Positions 47,306 through 59,011 of a stretch of 64,000 nucleotides of DNA are shown here, in pieces (position 1 is the first letter of the stretch; the number at the start of each line of letters is the position of its first letter). Position numbers and translations under genes: made by a program. The notes below the pieces were generated by a model that saw nothing but the letters and a program-made list of their open reading frames with translations, made no database searches and was not told where the DNA came from. Source of the DNA: Macrostomum lignano (taxonomy: Eukaryota); NCBI GenBank assembly GCA_002269645.1, contig NIVC01000819.1:124001-188000 (forward strand), read 5' to 3'.

Positions 47306-48661
47306 TTTAATAAAGAATTATTTCACTGGCTGTGTTGATCAGCAAGCTGGCATCTATCCCTATCCACTATCCTTCAGGCTTTAGCGAATTGTATTTACGA
47401 CATGGATTATATTCTCCTTGGTAGTTTACGCCTGTACGTTGTCATGTGCTTTCCTTCGTTGTCCTCGCCACCCCCGTCCGGACTCCTCCACTCACTCCAG
47501 CCTGTTCCTCTCTCTTCGATCCAGAGTGGGCGGAAGGGTAGCGCTATTGGTAAAGCGAGGAAGGAGAGGGCTGAGAGGCGAGGACGAAAGACGACAGCCT
47601 AGGGAGTGTGAACTAATGTACATGGCCAATGTACATAAGCTCTTGCCAAAGTCATTCCGCCCAACCCCCCACCCCTCCAATTTCAGGACGCTTCTCTATT
47701 TGCCTCTCCCCATCTGCAGGCAGTTCCTCTCCGCAGCCGCCATGGCGCCATGCCCTTACCCCCCAAATTGGGCATTCCAATGTACATTAGGCGAGACATT
47801 ATGATAAGGATTATCTTTCAAGAGAACTAAACTTCAAGTGCCACCCACCAAGATAGACTATATATAAGGCTTGGCTAAATGTATAGAGTAAAAATATAAT
47901 TTAGTTAAGGCTATAATTAGTCAAAATAAATGTGACAATATAATTTGCGCGCCTTGCCGCAAATTGGTCAAGTATGCAATGCGCATCAGTGGGCTGCATA
48001 AGGGACGTGCAGGGCCGGAGAGAAATGCTGATTCATTTCTCTGATCACTCGCATCACTGTCGTCTCGTCACTTCCACAAAACTCCGATAGGCGTAGCGTA
48101 GGCGATAAGATTTTCAGAGATTTAAGACTTTGCTTACTAAAACTTTCACTCCTGCATGGAAGTGAATTGAGAAAAGACTGTGTATTGGTGCTTTAAATTT
48201 AATTTTATTGTATAATTATTATTTACTGCATAATTTGTCAGGTAATGCCAAGTGGGCAAGTTACTTGTGCCAAATCTAATAAGTGAAATAACGAAGGCAG
48301 GCTATTCAAGTAAAAACATAATGTTAACATTATTAGAACTACCCGAATATACTAGATGCCTATCAATCAAACGTCCCTAACAAATTCAATATCCAAAATT
48401 CCAAAGCAGTCTATGGGCCAAAGCTGCCAGAGCTTTGAAGTCCGCCTGAGTCGTTAGGCCTCGAGCCTGTACTAGGCGAAGCGCTTAAGAGACCCATAGC
48501 TACAGCTGTGGCCACTCATTATAATAAGTTAGGAAGGATTGTTGCAGCCGCTGATTCAACCAAGGAAATTCAACGCTTTGATTAAATTATTAATTTTACT
48601 AATCGCCTTCCTCAATAGCCGGATAACAACTGCTGCAGACTATTAAAAGCACTAAGGACGC

Positions 48662-51600
48662 ATGGAGACTGAAACCCTTGGCAGCTCGTGCGATGCCTGC
48701 GGCAAAGGCTGCCGCGGCTACAGGCCGCACACCTGGAGGGCGCTGTGCATCGAGTGCCAGTGCGCCAAGGCCAGTCACCTCATCTACGCCCCGGAGACGC
48801 CCAACCTGCTCAAGCGGCTGGGCTACAGCGACACCAGCCCGTTCATGAACGTGGTCGAGGAGCAGCTGAAGATCGCCGAGTCGGTCGGCTACGTGTGCTC
48901 GCCGCTCGGCCTTGAGAAGACTCAAATAGTCGAGTTCGCCAAGTACGTGGATCCGTCCGTGCTGCCGAGAATTCGCGACCGCAGCGCCTGCCTTGAACGG
49001 CTTCGGCGAGTCCACAAACAGGTGAGAGAGTCTGCTTGGAGTGGCTGCTGTTGCTGCTGAACAATTTCTGCTCCTGAGAGTATTTCTGGGCAATGGGTCA
49101 TTCAGTTAGACCCACCGCTACCGCATTTCCGGTCATTCAATGAGACCCACCGCTACCCCATTTCCTTTCATTCAATGAGACCCATCGCTACCGCATTTCC
49201 GGTCATTCAGTTAGACCCACCGCTACCCCATTTCCTTTCATTCAATGAGACCCATTGCTACCGCATTTCCGTTCATTCAATGAGACCCATCGCTACCGCA
49301 TTTCCGGTCATTCAGTTAGACCCACCGCTACCCCATTTCTGATCATTCAATGAGACCCATCGCTACCGCATTTCCGGTCATTCAATGAGACCCATCGCTA
49401 CCCCATTTCCGGTCATTCAATGAGACCCATCGCTACCCCATTTCCGATCATTCAATGAGACCCATCGCTACCCCATTTCTGATCATTCAATGAGACCCAT
49501 CGCTACCCCATTTCCGATCATTCAATGAGACCCATAGCTACCACATTTCTGATCATTCAATGAGACCCATCGCTACCCCATTTCCGATCATTCAATGAGA
49601 CTCATCGCTACCGCATTTCCGGTCATTCAATGAGACCCACCGCTACCCCTTTTCCGATAACTCAGTGAGACCAACTACTCTCGGTCAATCAGTTCTCCTA
49701 TGGATATGACAAAACTACTATGAGTAGCATGGCAAAATACTTGACAATTTTTACTTTCAACCGACTGGCCCAACCGCCTAAACATCCAGGTGCCACCGCA
49801 GGACGTGCTCCAGACGGCCTGCAAGTCACTGGAGAACTCGCAGAAGAATCAGTTCGAGCGACTCAAAGACCGGCGCAACCGGAAGGCGCTCGGTCTCGCC
49901 GAGGTGCACCAGGTGAGCAATGAGGACGCCAAGAAGAGCTGCCACGGCTGCGGCGAGAGAATCGTGAAGCCAGGCAAGAATGTCCAGGGCGACAGCGACC
50001 GCTTCGTGCTGAAGGCCTCCCACGCCGAGGGCATGCTGTGGCACCCATCCTGCTTCCAGTGCGCCGAGTGTAAGGACCATCTGGTGGACTTTTTCTATTG
50101 CTGGAGCGCCGACAAGAACGACATTCTGTGCGTGCGGGACTTTAACCAGAGCCTGCGCTCGCGCTGTCCCGCCTGCGACGAGGTGAGAGCGCTGTTAAGA
50201 TTGGGAGGGCTATAGGGAGATTCGAGGGGCAGTGAGGATATTTGGAGGGCAGTGGGGAGATCTGGAGGGCAGTGAGGAGATTGGGAGGGCAGTGGGGAGA
50301 TTTGGAGGGCAGTGAGGAGATTGGGAGGGCAGTGGGGAGATTGGGAGGGCAGTGAGGAGATTGGGAGGGCAGTGGGGAGATTGGGAGGGCAGTGGGGAGA
50401 TTGGGAGGGCAGTGAGGAGATTGGGAGGGCAGTGGGGAGATTGGGAGGGCAGTGGGGAGATTGGGAGGGCAGTGGGGAGATTGGGAGGGCAGTGGGGAGA
50501 TTGGGAGGGCAGTGGGGAGATTGGGAGGGCAGTGGGGAGATTGGGAGGGCAGTGGGGAGATTGGGAGGGCAGTGAGGAGATTGGGAGGGCAGTGGGGAGA
50601 TTGGGAGGGCAGTGGGGAGATTGGGAGGGCAGTGGGGAGATTGGGAGGGCAGTGGGGAGATTGGGAGGGCAGTGGGGAGATTGGGAGGGCAGTGGGGAGA
50701 TTGGGAGGGCAGTGGGGAGATTGGGAGGGCAGTGGGGATATTGGGAGGACAGTGGGGAGATTGGGAGGGCAGTGGGGATATTGGGAGGACAGTGGGGAGA
50801 TTGGGAGGGCAGTGGGGAGATTGGGAGGGCAGTGGGGAGATTCGGAGAGCAGTGACTCGCTCGTCTCGAACTTGCATCGGGAGGATCTAAGAAACGCACT
50901 CTCCCCATCGATTCAAGCTTATCTTCTCGGTGGAGCTGACCCGCTCCATGGAGGGCGACCATCACACGGGCCACTTCGCCTGCTCGAACTGCGACAAGTC
51001 GCTCACAGGGCATCGGTACATTCTGCGCGAGGAGAAACCGTTTTGCATTCAGTGCTACGAGGACATCTTTGCCAACACCTGCGAACAGTGCAAGGACAAA
51101 ATAGGCTGCGATTCTAAGGTGAGAGGCTGTGGTCGGTTTCTAAGTTCATGAGTTAATGAGTTTTGTGAGTCCGTGAGTGGGTGAGTTTGTGAGCTCAGAC
51201 TGCCCCCCCATGAAACCCACCGCACCCGCAGGACCTGTCCTACAAGGACCGCCACTGGCACGAGCGCTGTTTTAAGTGCAGCTCCTGCAGCACCAGCCTG
51301 GTTGACAAGCCATTTGCCACCAAGGAGGAGGCTCTGTTCTGTTCTGACTGTCACGACGAGAAGTTCGCCGCCCGCTGCGACGGTTGCAGCAAGGTGAGAT
51401 TGACATTGGCGCTTTACCTGCAGACTTATCAGTGCCACGAGTTAAGCGGCATCTGCCAGCAGCTAAGATGTATAGAATGCCATGTGCTGAGATGTCAAAA
51501 CTTATGGGGGGGATTGCTGTGGCTCATGGGAAGGGTTGCTCAGATGCCAAGGGTCCATTGGGAGTTTTTGGTAGACCAAGGATTAAAGGGATAGTTAGGG

Positions 51601-53901
51601 TTCAGCCATGGCAGCTGCGACTCAAGGTCAGAGCATCACCACGGCCAGATCCTACAACAACCCGCAGGTGTTCCGCGCCGGCATGCGCAAGTACGAGTAC
51701 CGCGGCAAGCAGTGGCACGAAGAGTGCTTCCTCTGCCTGGAGTGCCGCCTGCCCATCGGCACCAAGTCCTTCATCCCGCGCGACCAGGACGTCTGCTGCG
51801 TGCCCTGCTACGAGGAGAAGTACGCGCAGCGCTGCTCCAAGTGCACCCAGGTGATTAAACGGGGAGGAGTCACCTACAAAGGCGATCCGTACCACAAGGA
51901 GTGCCTAGTGTGCGCCAATTGCACCACCCAGCTGGCGGGGGTGAAGTTCACCAGCAAGGACGAGAAGCCCTACTGCGCCGAGTGCTACGGGCAGCTGTTT
52001 GCTAAGAAGTGCTGCAGGTGCACCCAGCCAATAACTGGTGAGTATCACGCGTGCTTATGCATGTAAAGGCTTGTATAATTTTCTAGTTGGAGTCGCTAGT
52101 CGAGTGTTGCCAGCGGATTTTTCACCGGCGCTGCAGGTAAGCATAGTACGTCGTGTACTTTGTACAGTAGTTTTTTTATTAGAGGCAGGGGGGTTGGTGC
52201 ACCCTGGCGCACTTTATGCGACATAGGCACACAACCGGCGAGAGGCATTATTGCCCATTCCGCCGACTCCTCTGAGCAGGCATACAAACGCGCGGATACG
52301 TACGCAGGCACACACTCACACAGGAGTGTACAGCGGCCCAAACTTTATATTATCGTTAGGCATGTACACTTCACTGCGCCTTGGGGGGTTGGCCCTCAAG
52401 GCCGTTAATTGCACGAGCAGAGCCAAGCCGAGATTCCAATTCAGCCCCAAATCAATGTGACTGCACTTGGAATCGAGCCTGGGTCGCTGGCACACCAGAG
52501 CAGCTGCACTACCGCTGGGCTACGGCCCCCCGTACTTTGTAGTTATTACGCCGATATGAAAAGGCTCGCTAAGACTGCCTAAGCAAATTTAGCTCTGAGC
52601 TGCAGTTCACCCCTGGTGGGACAAGATGGCAGCTCTGAGCTGCAGTTCACCCCTGGTGGGACAAGATGGCAGCTCTGAGCTGCAGTTCACCCCTGGCGGG
52701 ACAAGATGGCAGCTCTGAGCTGCAGTTCACCCCTGGTGGGACAAGATGGCAGCTCTGAGCTGCAGTTCACCCCTGGTGGGACAAGATGGCAGCTCTGAGC
52801 TGCAGTTCACCCCTGGTGGGACAAGATGACAGCTCTGAGCTGCAGTTCACACCTGGTGGGACAAGATGACAGCTCTGAGCTGCAGTTCACCCCTGGTGGG
52901 ACAAGATGACAGCTCTGAGCTGCAGATCACCCCTGCTGAGACAAGATGGCAGCTCTGAGCTGCAGTTCACACCTGGTGGGACAAGATGGCAGCTCTGAGC
53001 TGCAGTTCACCCCTGGTGGGACAAGATGGCAGCTCTGAGCTGCAGTTCACCCCTGGTGGGACAAGATGACAGCTCTGAGCTGCAGTTCACCCCTGCTGAG
53101 ACAAGATGGCAGCTCTGAGCTGCAGTTCACACCTGGTGGGACAAGATGGCAGCTCTGAGCTGCAGTTCACCCCTGGTGGGACAAGATGGCAGCTCTGAGC
53201 TGCAGTTCACCCCTGGTGGGACAAGATGACAGCTCTGAGCTGCAGTTCACCCCTGGTGGGACAAGATGACAGCTCTGAGCTGCAGTTCACCCCTGCTGAG
53301 ACAAGATGGCAGCTCTGAGCTGCAGTTCACCCCTGGTGGGACAAGATGGCAGCTCTGAGCTGCGGTAGAACAACCCGCGCGCAATTACAGAGACTGCGCC
53401 ATTGGCTGTACACCTGACTATCTGCACATCTGGCTAGATAGAGTGGCTTTTTAGCAATGCCGAGAATCAAGGCGACATTCGATTCACAGAATGCGATGAG
53501 GCAAGCAGTCATACTCGTTCCGCTGACCCATTAGTGATCACACATGGACATAACATGTAGGCGGATGTCAAGTAGTGCACGCAGTCGCCTTCGGGTTGGG
53601 TTGTTGATATTCGTGGCGTGAATCGCAGCAGTCATTCCTGAGTTTCCGAGAGAAACTCTCAGAGGCAATATGCATGTTGTGCCAACAGACTGGCGCAGCT
53701 GAGTCGCCAATGTAGCGCCATGGATCAAGCAAATATTTATCGCACACACACGCAGGTTTCGGAGGCTGCAAGTTCATCTCGTTCGAGGAGCGGCACTGGC
53801 ACTCGGAGTGCTTCGTGTGCTACAAGTGCGACATCAACCTGGTTGGCAAGGGCTTCCTCACTGATGGAGACGAGATTCTGTGCCCGGAGTGCGGCCGCTG
53901 A
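48662..53901 (+). CDS. lmpt: LIMPETin / Limpet / LIM-9-type protein (PET domain + six LIM domains; FHL2-related)
   Basis: Exons 48662-49021 / 49790-50182 / 50918-51118 / 51232-51393 / 51668-52037 / 53756-53901, phase-consistent. PET-like SPLGL..Q..VPPQD. Six LIM domains (CxxC..WHxxCFxCxxC..CxxC), ending LCPECGR*. Confidence 0.92.
49100..49670 (+). repeat. Intronic 35-bp minisatellite CATTCAATGAGACCCATCGCTACCCCATTTCCGAT
   Basis: Visible. Confidence 0.93.
50197..50850 (+). repeat. Intronic 20-bp G-rich minisatellite TTGGGAGGGCAGTGGGGAGA
   Basis: Visible. It starts about 15 nt after the donor. Confidence 0.95.
52165..52531 (-). mobile_element. tRNA-derived SINE, copy 2, antisense in LIMPETin intron 5
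   Basis: Head GGGGCCGTAGCCCAGCGGTAGTGCAG...CAGCGACCCAGGCTCGATTCCAA (A and B boxes). Tail AATAAAAAAA. 10-bp TSD GTACTTTGTA (52155-52164 / 52532-52541). Confidence 0.87.
52590..53365 (+). repeat. Intronic 40-bp minisatellite AGCTCTGAGCTGCAGTTCACCCCTGGTGGGACAAGATGGC
   Basis: Visible, about 19 units. Confidence 0.95.
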
Positions 53902-54569
53902 CTGCGGTGAGCAGCTGCGAAGGACTGTCGGGAACGAACGCGTATTAATTATTTGCTCATCAAAGTGCATGCGTACTAATGAGATCAGATTTTTTATTTC
54001 AACAAATAATTTTTCTGCTTACGGCATGCCCGCTGCCTGTAACCCGCCTCCTACCCATGCAGTAAGGCAAACGCCACTAACTGTAGTGATTCTACTGGAG
54101 CCTGTTGCAAATCAACAGAGCTCCAACTCGGTTACCGTACCAGCACAAGCAGCCAATACTTATTTTTTACCTGCCAGCCAGGAGCTGCAGAAACCGCTAG
54201 TCTGTGATTTAAAAAAACCTGAGGCTCCTGAACTGCTGTAACTGCACGCTGCCTCAACCGATGGCATAATTTACTCCTCCTACATTACTCCCAGCAACCG
54301 AATGCTTGAACCGCATGCAGCATCATTTTTTTGTTCAAACCGACTCACCCGTCTGCTCACCCTGCGCCTCATTGCTTAAATCCGAATGACCCGCTTTGAC
54401 CTGAAGTTAATTTAACCCAAAGTGCAGCTGATGCGCAAATACACAACAGCTCGGAATCAATTTGACTGCTAATAAGACATCCCGCTTGCTGCACTTGTGC
54501 TCGTTTTTTATTGCCAAAAACTCTGCATTCTTGTCACCAGTCTTGGCTTTTGCGATGGCCAAAACAGTA

Positions 54570-55570
54570 GGCTAAACCACAGCCCACACAGCCGACACTA
54601 TGACCCAAACCACGGCCCACTAGCACAGCCTAAACCACAGCCCAAACCACGGCCCACCAGCACAGCCTAAACCCCAGCCCAAACCACAGCCCACACCACA
54701 GCCTAAATCACAGTCCACACCACAGCCTAAATCACAGTCCACACCACAGCCTAAATCACAGTCCACACCATGATCCAAACCACGGCCCACCAGCACAGCC
54801 TAAACCCCAGCCCAAACCACAGCCCACACCACAGCCTAAATCACAGTCCACACCACAGCCTAAATCACAGTCCACACCACAGCCTAAATCACAGTCCACA
54901 CCATGATCCAAACCACGGCCCACTAGCACAACCTAAACCACAGCCCAAACCACGGCCCACTAGCACAACCTAAACCACAGCCCAAACCACAGCCCACACA
55001 ACAGCCTAAATCACAGTCCACACCATGACCCAAACCACGGCCCACCAGCACAGCCTAAACCACAGCCCAAACCACAGCCCACACAACAGCCTAAATCACA
55101 GTCCACACCATGATCCAAACCACGGCCCACTAGCACAACCTAAACCACAGCCCAAACCACGGCCCACAGCACAGCCTAAACTACAGCCCAAACCACAGCC
55201 CACACCACAGCCCACACAACGGCCTAAATCACAGTCCACACCACGATCCAAACCACGGCCCACTAGCACAAACTAAACCACAGCCCAAACCACGGCCCAC
55301 ACCACAGCCTAAATCACAGTCCACACCACGATCCAAACCACGGCCCACAGCACAGCCTAAACTACAGCCTAAACCACAGCCCAAACCACAGCCCACACAA
55401 CGGCCCACACAACGGCTCACTCCACAGCCCACACCACAGCCCACACAACGGCCCACACCACAGCCGACACAACGGCCCACACCACAGCCGACACAACGGC
55501 CCACACCACAGCCCACACAACGGCCCACACCGGAATAAACCAGAAGCCACACCCCAGAGTAAACCAAAGC
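54570..55570 (+). repeat. Compound AC-rich repeat (AAACCACAGCCC / ACACCACAGCC / TAAATCACAGTCC)
   Basis: Lies between the convergent LIMPETin and PSMD7 3' ends. Confidence 0.9.
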
Positions 55571-56037
55571 ACACACGACATAATATGCAAAAATTAAACT
55601 TTAATTCGCAGGCAGTTTCAGGAAAAAATTGCAAGCTTGGTAATTATATAATAAGCGAAACTTGTCTGCTCGTGTATTTGTGTGCCGGCATACCAATTAG
55701 TAGATTTATATTTAGTATAGGAAAGCTACCCGGATGTCTTACATAGCTGGATAATAATTAAACCTTCAGAATGTTCCATCACTAGTGAAATATTATCAAA
55801 GTTTTACTACTTCAAGTAGGACGTCAATGTCGCAGGTTATGTGCTGTAGATTAAAAAACTGTTTAACTGCAGCAGGTGGGCATGAAATTCACTGACAAGC
55901 AATCAATTTCTTGTCCAAAATAAGACGAACCCGCGGCAGGCGGGAGGAGAAGCAGAGCCTGGAGAGAGAGACAGTGAGGAACAAAGTACACAATGTTCTT
56001 TTGACGGAGAGGCGACCGATGACTCGCGGCGGCTGCT

Positions 56038-57682
56038 TCATCGCTTTTTCTCGCCGGAGTCGGGCTTGTCGGACGAAGGCGGCTGGTCCTCGGCCGGCTT
56101 CTTGCCGTCTGGCGCAGCGGCCGCTGAGGCAGCGGCGGCGGCGGCTTTGGCCCGGGCCGCCTGCAGCTGGTCGGTCTCCTCTTTCTCTGTCTCCCGGTTC
56201 TGCAGCTTGTTGTCGATGAGGTCGTCCAGAGCCAGAATGGAGCGCAGCATGGAGGACAGGTAGATCACCAGGGCCTGGTCGTTGGTCTGCATGTACAGCG
56301 CGCGGACGAACTCTGGCAGGGATATGTCGGGCAGCAGGTTCACCGTGTCCTGCGGGCGGCAGGGGAACAGGGGGGCACCGGTGTCTGATGGGGACTCACG
56401 GGCGGTGATCACTCAAATAGCATTTGAAATGGCCGCTTCTACGATTAATAATGACGCCGGTCCACCCAAAGAGTCGAGGCATACTAAATCAGTCAACTAA
56501 AATTTATGACCTTTTGTAGGATGACCCTTCCTAGGACACCTTAATGACCCTTCCTAGGACACCTTAATGACCCTTCCTAGGACACCCTAATGACCCTTCC
56601 TAGGACACCCTTAATGACCCTTCCTAAGACACCCTTAATGACACTTCCTAGGACACCCTTAATGACCCTTCCTAAGACACCCTTAATGACACTTCCTAGG
56701 ACACCTTAATGACCCTTCCTAAGACACCCTTAATGACACTTCCTAGGACACCCTAATGACCCTTCCTAGGACACCCTTAATGACCCTTCCTAGGACACCT
56801 TCATGACCCTAGGACACCCTTAATGACACCAATTTCATGACCTTAGATGACCTCTCTAAAGACAGCAAAACATGAATTCAAAGAGGCCGCTGCCCCAGGC
56901 CTCACCTGCAGTCGATAGGCAATCTGGTGATTGATTGGTAGCCGACCGGAGATGACGTCCTCCAAGTAGGCGTTGATCTCCTTCAGCTGGGCGTGGAAAC
57001 CGCGAAGGCCGCTGCGCTGCGAGCCGATCCTCTGGGACAGGGTGCCAACCGTGGAGTCTTTAATGTCGCGGAGCAGGTGCTCCACGCCGACCTCCTCGGC
57101 CTCCTCGGCGCCGATCTCGCTAGCCAGGTGATTCCAAGTCTTCGACGGCGGCCGGCCATCGTCGTGGACCTCCTCGATGGCCGTGTAGGCCTCGGTTGGC
57201 AGACCCTCGGTCTCCTTGATGCTGACGATGACCAGCACGGGGCTGCCGCTGACGCAGAATTTGCCAATCAGCTCGTTGATGCCGATGTCGTTCTGGCAGA
57301 GCCGCGGGCCGCTGTGGTACCAGCCGACGATGCGCTCCTTGGCGTTGACCTTCTTGAACATGCCGAACATGGTCTCCAGGTAGTCGTGGTCCAGGAACCA
57401 CACGGACCGGTCGCGCGGGTCCTCCTCGAACGGGATGGCGAAGCTGTTGCTGATGTCCAGTACGTCGCCTTGGCGACTGCCCAGCAACACGCCGATGCAG
57501 CGGCGATGCCCGACGCTGACCTTCTCCAGGCGGTTGTAGTGATCCACCACGGACAGCAGCACCAGCGGGTGGACGATCACCTTCGTGATGGGAGGCGGCC
57601 CGGGGTTCAGGGAAGGCGGCAGCGCCTGCGAGTCGTCAGCGGCTGCGCCAGCCGCGGCTGTGGCATCGGCGGCCTGGGACAT
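56038..57682 (-). CDS. PSMD7: 26S proteasome lid subunit Rpn8 (MPN- domain), ~362 aa
   Basis: [106 protein letters not shown]. Exons 57682-56906 / 56349-56038. Confidence 0.96.
56515..56830 (+). repeat. Intronic ~23-bp minisatellite AATGACCCTTCCTAGGACACCCT
   Basis: Visible. Confidence 0.92.
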
Positions 57683-57854
57683 TGCGGCGATGAGGATTTG
57701 GGATTTTTCTGGCGCTTCGGCAATGGGATTCAGACAGCTATTGGGGCTGGGAGGCTGCTGGGCAGCAAAGTTGGATGATGGGAACGATGACGGGCGAGTG
57801 AAATAATCACATAGACCAGCGATAATCACTTGCTGGAACTATAATCATTTTTCA

Positions 57855-58110
57855 CTAGCATGATAATCACTTCCTAGGTAGCATGATAATCACTTCCTAG
57901 GTAGCATGATAATCACTTCCTAGGTAGCATGATAATCACTTCCTAGGTAGCATGATAATCACTTCCTAGGTAGCATGATAATCACTTCCTAAGTAGCATG
58001 ATAATCACTTCCTAGGTAGCATGATAATCACTTCCTAGGTAGCATGATAATCACTTCCTAGGTAGCATGATAATCACTTTCTAGGTAGCATGATAATCAT
58101 TTCCTAGAAG
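57855..58110 (+). repeat. 23-bp minisatellite TAGCATGATAATCACTTCCTAGG upstream of the PSMD7 ATG
   Basis: Visible. Confidence 0.92.
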
Positions 58111-58606
58111 CATGATCATTACTTCCTACGAGCTGACAAATAATAATCATTTTCTAGACAGTTGACAGTCATCCCCTAGACAGGTGACAGTTGATATACC
58201 TATGATATGCCCTTTTATAGAACAGATAATCACCTCTCAGACCAGAGACGAAGATTTCCTACACAAACGAGTCTGTGACAATTAATTAATACCTGTTAAT
58301 TAAGCGACAAAAACAGAATTCCAAAGCTTCAAACAATGCCGATCGCAGATCGTGGTTCACGCGATAGACGGGCAACATTTTATTAATCCAACAGGCAACA
58401 AAAATTGACAAGCAAAACCAATAGAAGAAAATGCATACGAAAGATATCTAATTGCATTTATTAGTTTTTTTATGTCAACGCTTCCACGAAAGTGCAAACC
58501 CCAAAGGGGGGCTGTGCGTGTAGTCACACTTTCTAACACAGATGCTGGGCATAGAGCACAAATACTAGACTTACTAGATGGGCAACTCAGCAAATTTGCA
58601 TGCAAG

Positions 58607-58926
58607 CTACTTTCAGTTCAGTAGTAAGTTAAACTGAAGCATTTTAATTTATTTCTAGACAAGGCTCTTACCCCCCAAGCTTAAACCCCCAAAGTCCACA
58701 CAGAACCTCTACCCCTGCCCGCCACCCAATTTTTATTGCCTTCCTCGGTTGTTCCAGCCAAATTCTGCCATGTACATTTCAGTGGCCAATGTACATTATT
58801 GCTAAACCGATTAGCAAGCTGTTTACGCCTGCAAGCTTGGCTTCTAAACTTATCAAAGTCATCTCGGCTGCCTTTATTTTTATAAAATAGCTTATGTATT
58901 CTTCTTTGCTACTGAACTGAAAGTAG
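58607..58926. mobile_element. Candidate ~320-bp MITE
   Basis: Perfect 18-bp inverted repeat CTACTTTCAGTTCAGTAG (58607-58624) / CTACTGAACTGAAAGTAG (58909-58926). It can be read as a TA TSD plus a 15-bp TIR. Single copy in the window. Confidence 0.45.
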
Positions 58927-59011
58927 GAAGCTTTTTGCTAGGTATACCCTAATGGGTAAAATAAAAACTTGCAGGCACGCGCGCCTGTCTACTGTGAGTA
59001 GTTGGCTATGC

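Noticed and set aside
57683-57829. N-terminal extension of PSMD7 ([10 protein letters not shown]...) given in the ORF track
   Set aside because: It begins at the edge of a minisatellite, lacks coding-like composition and has no counterpart in Rpn8. ATG 57682 is preferred.
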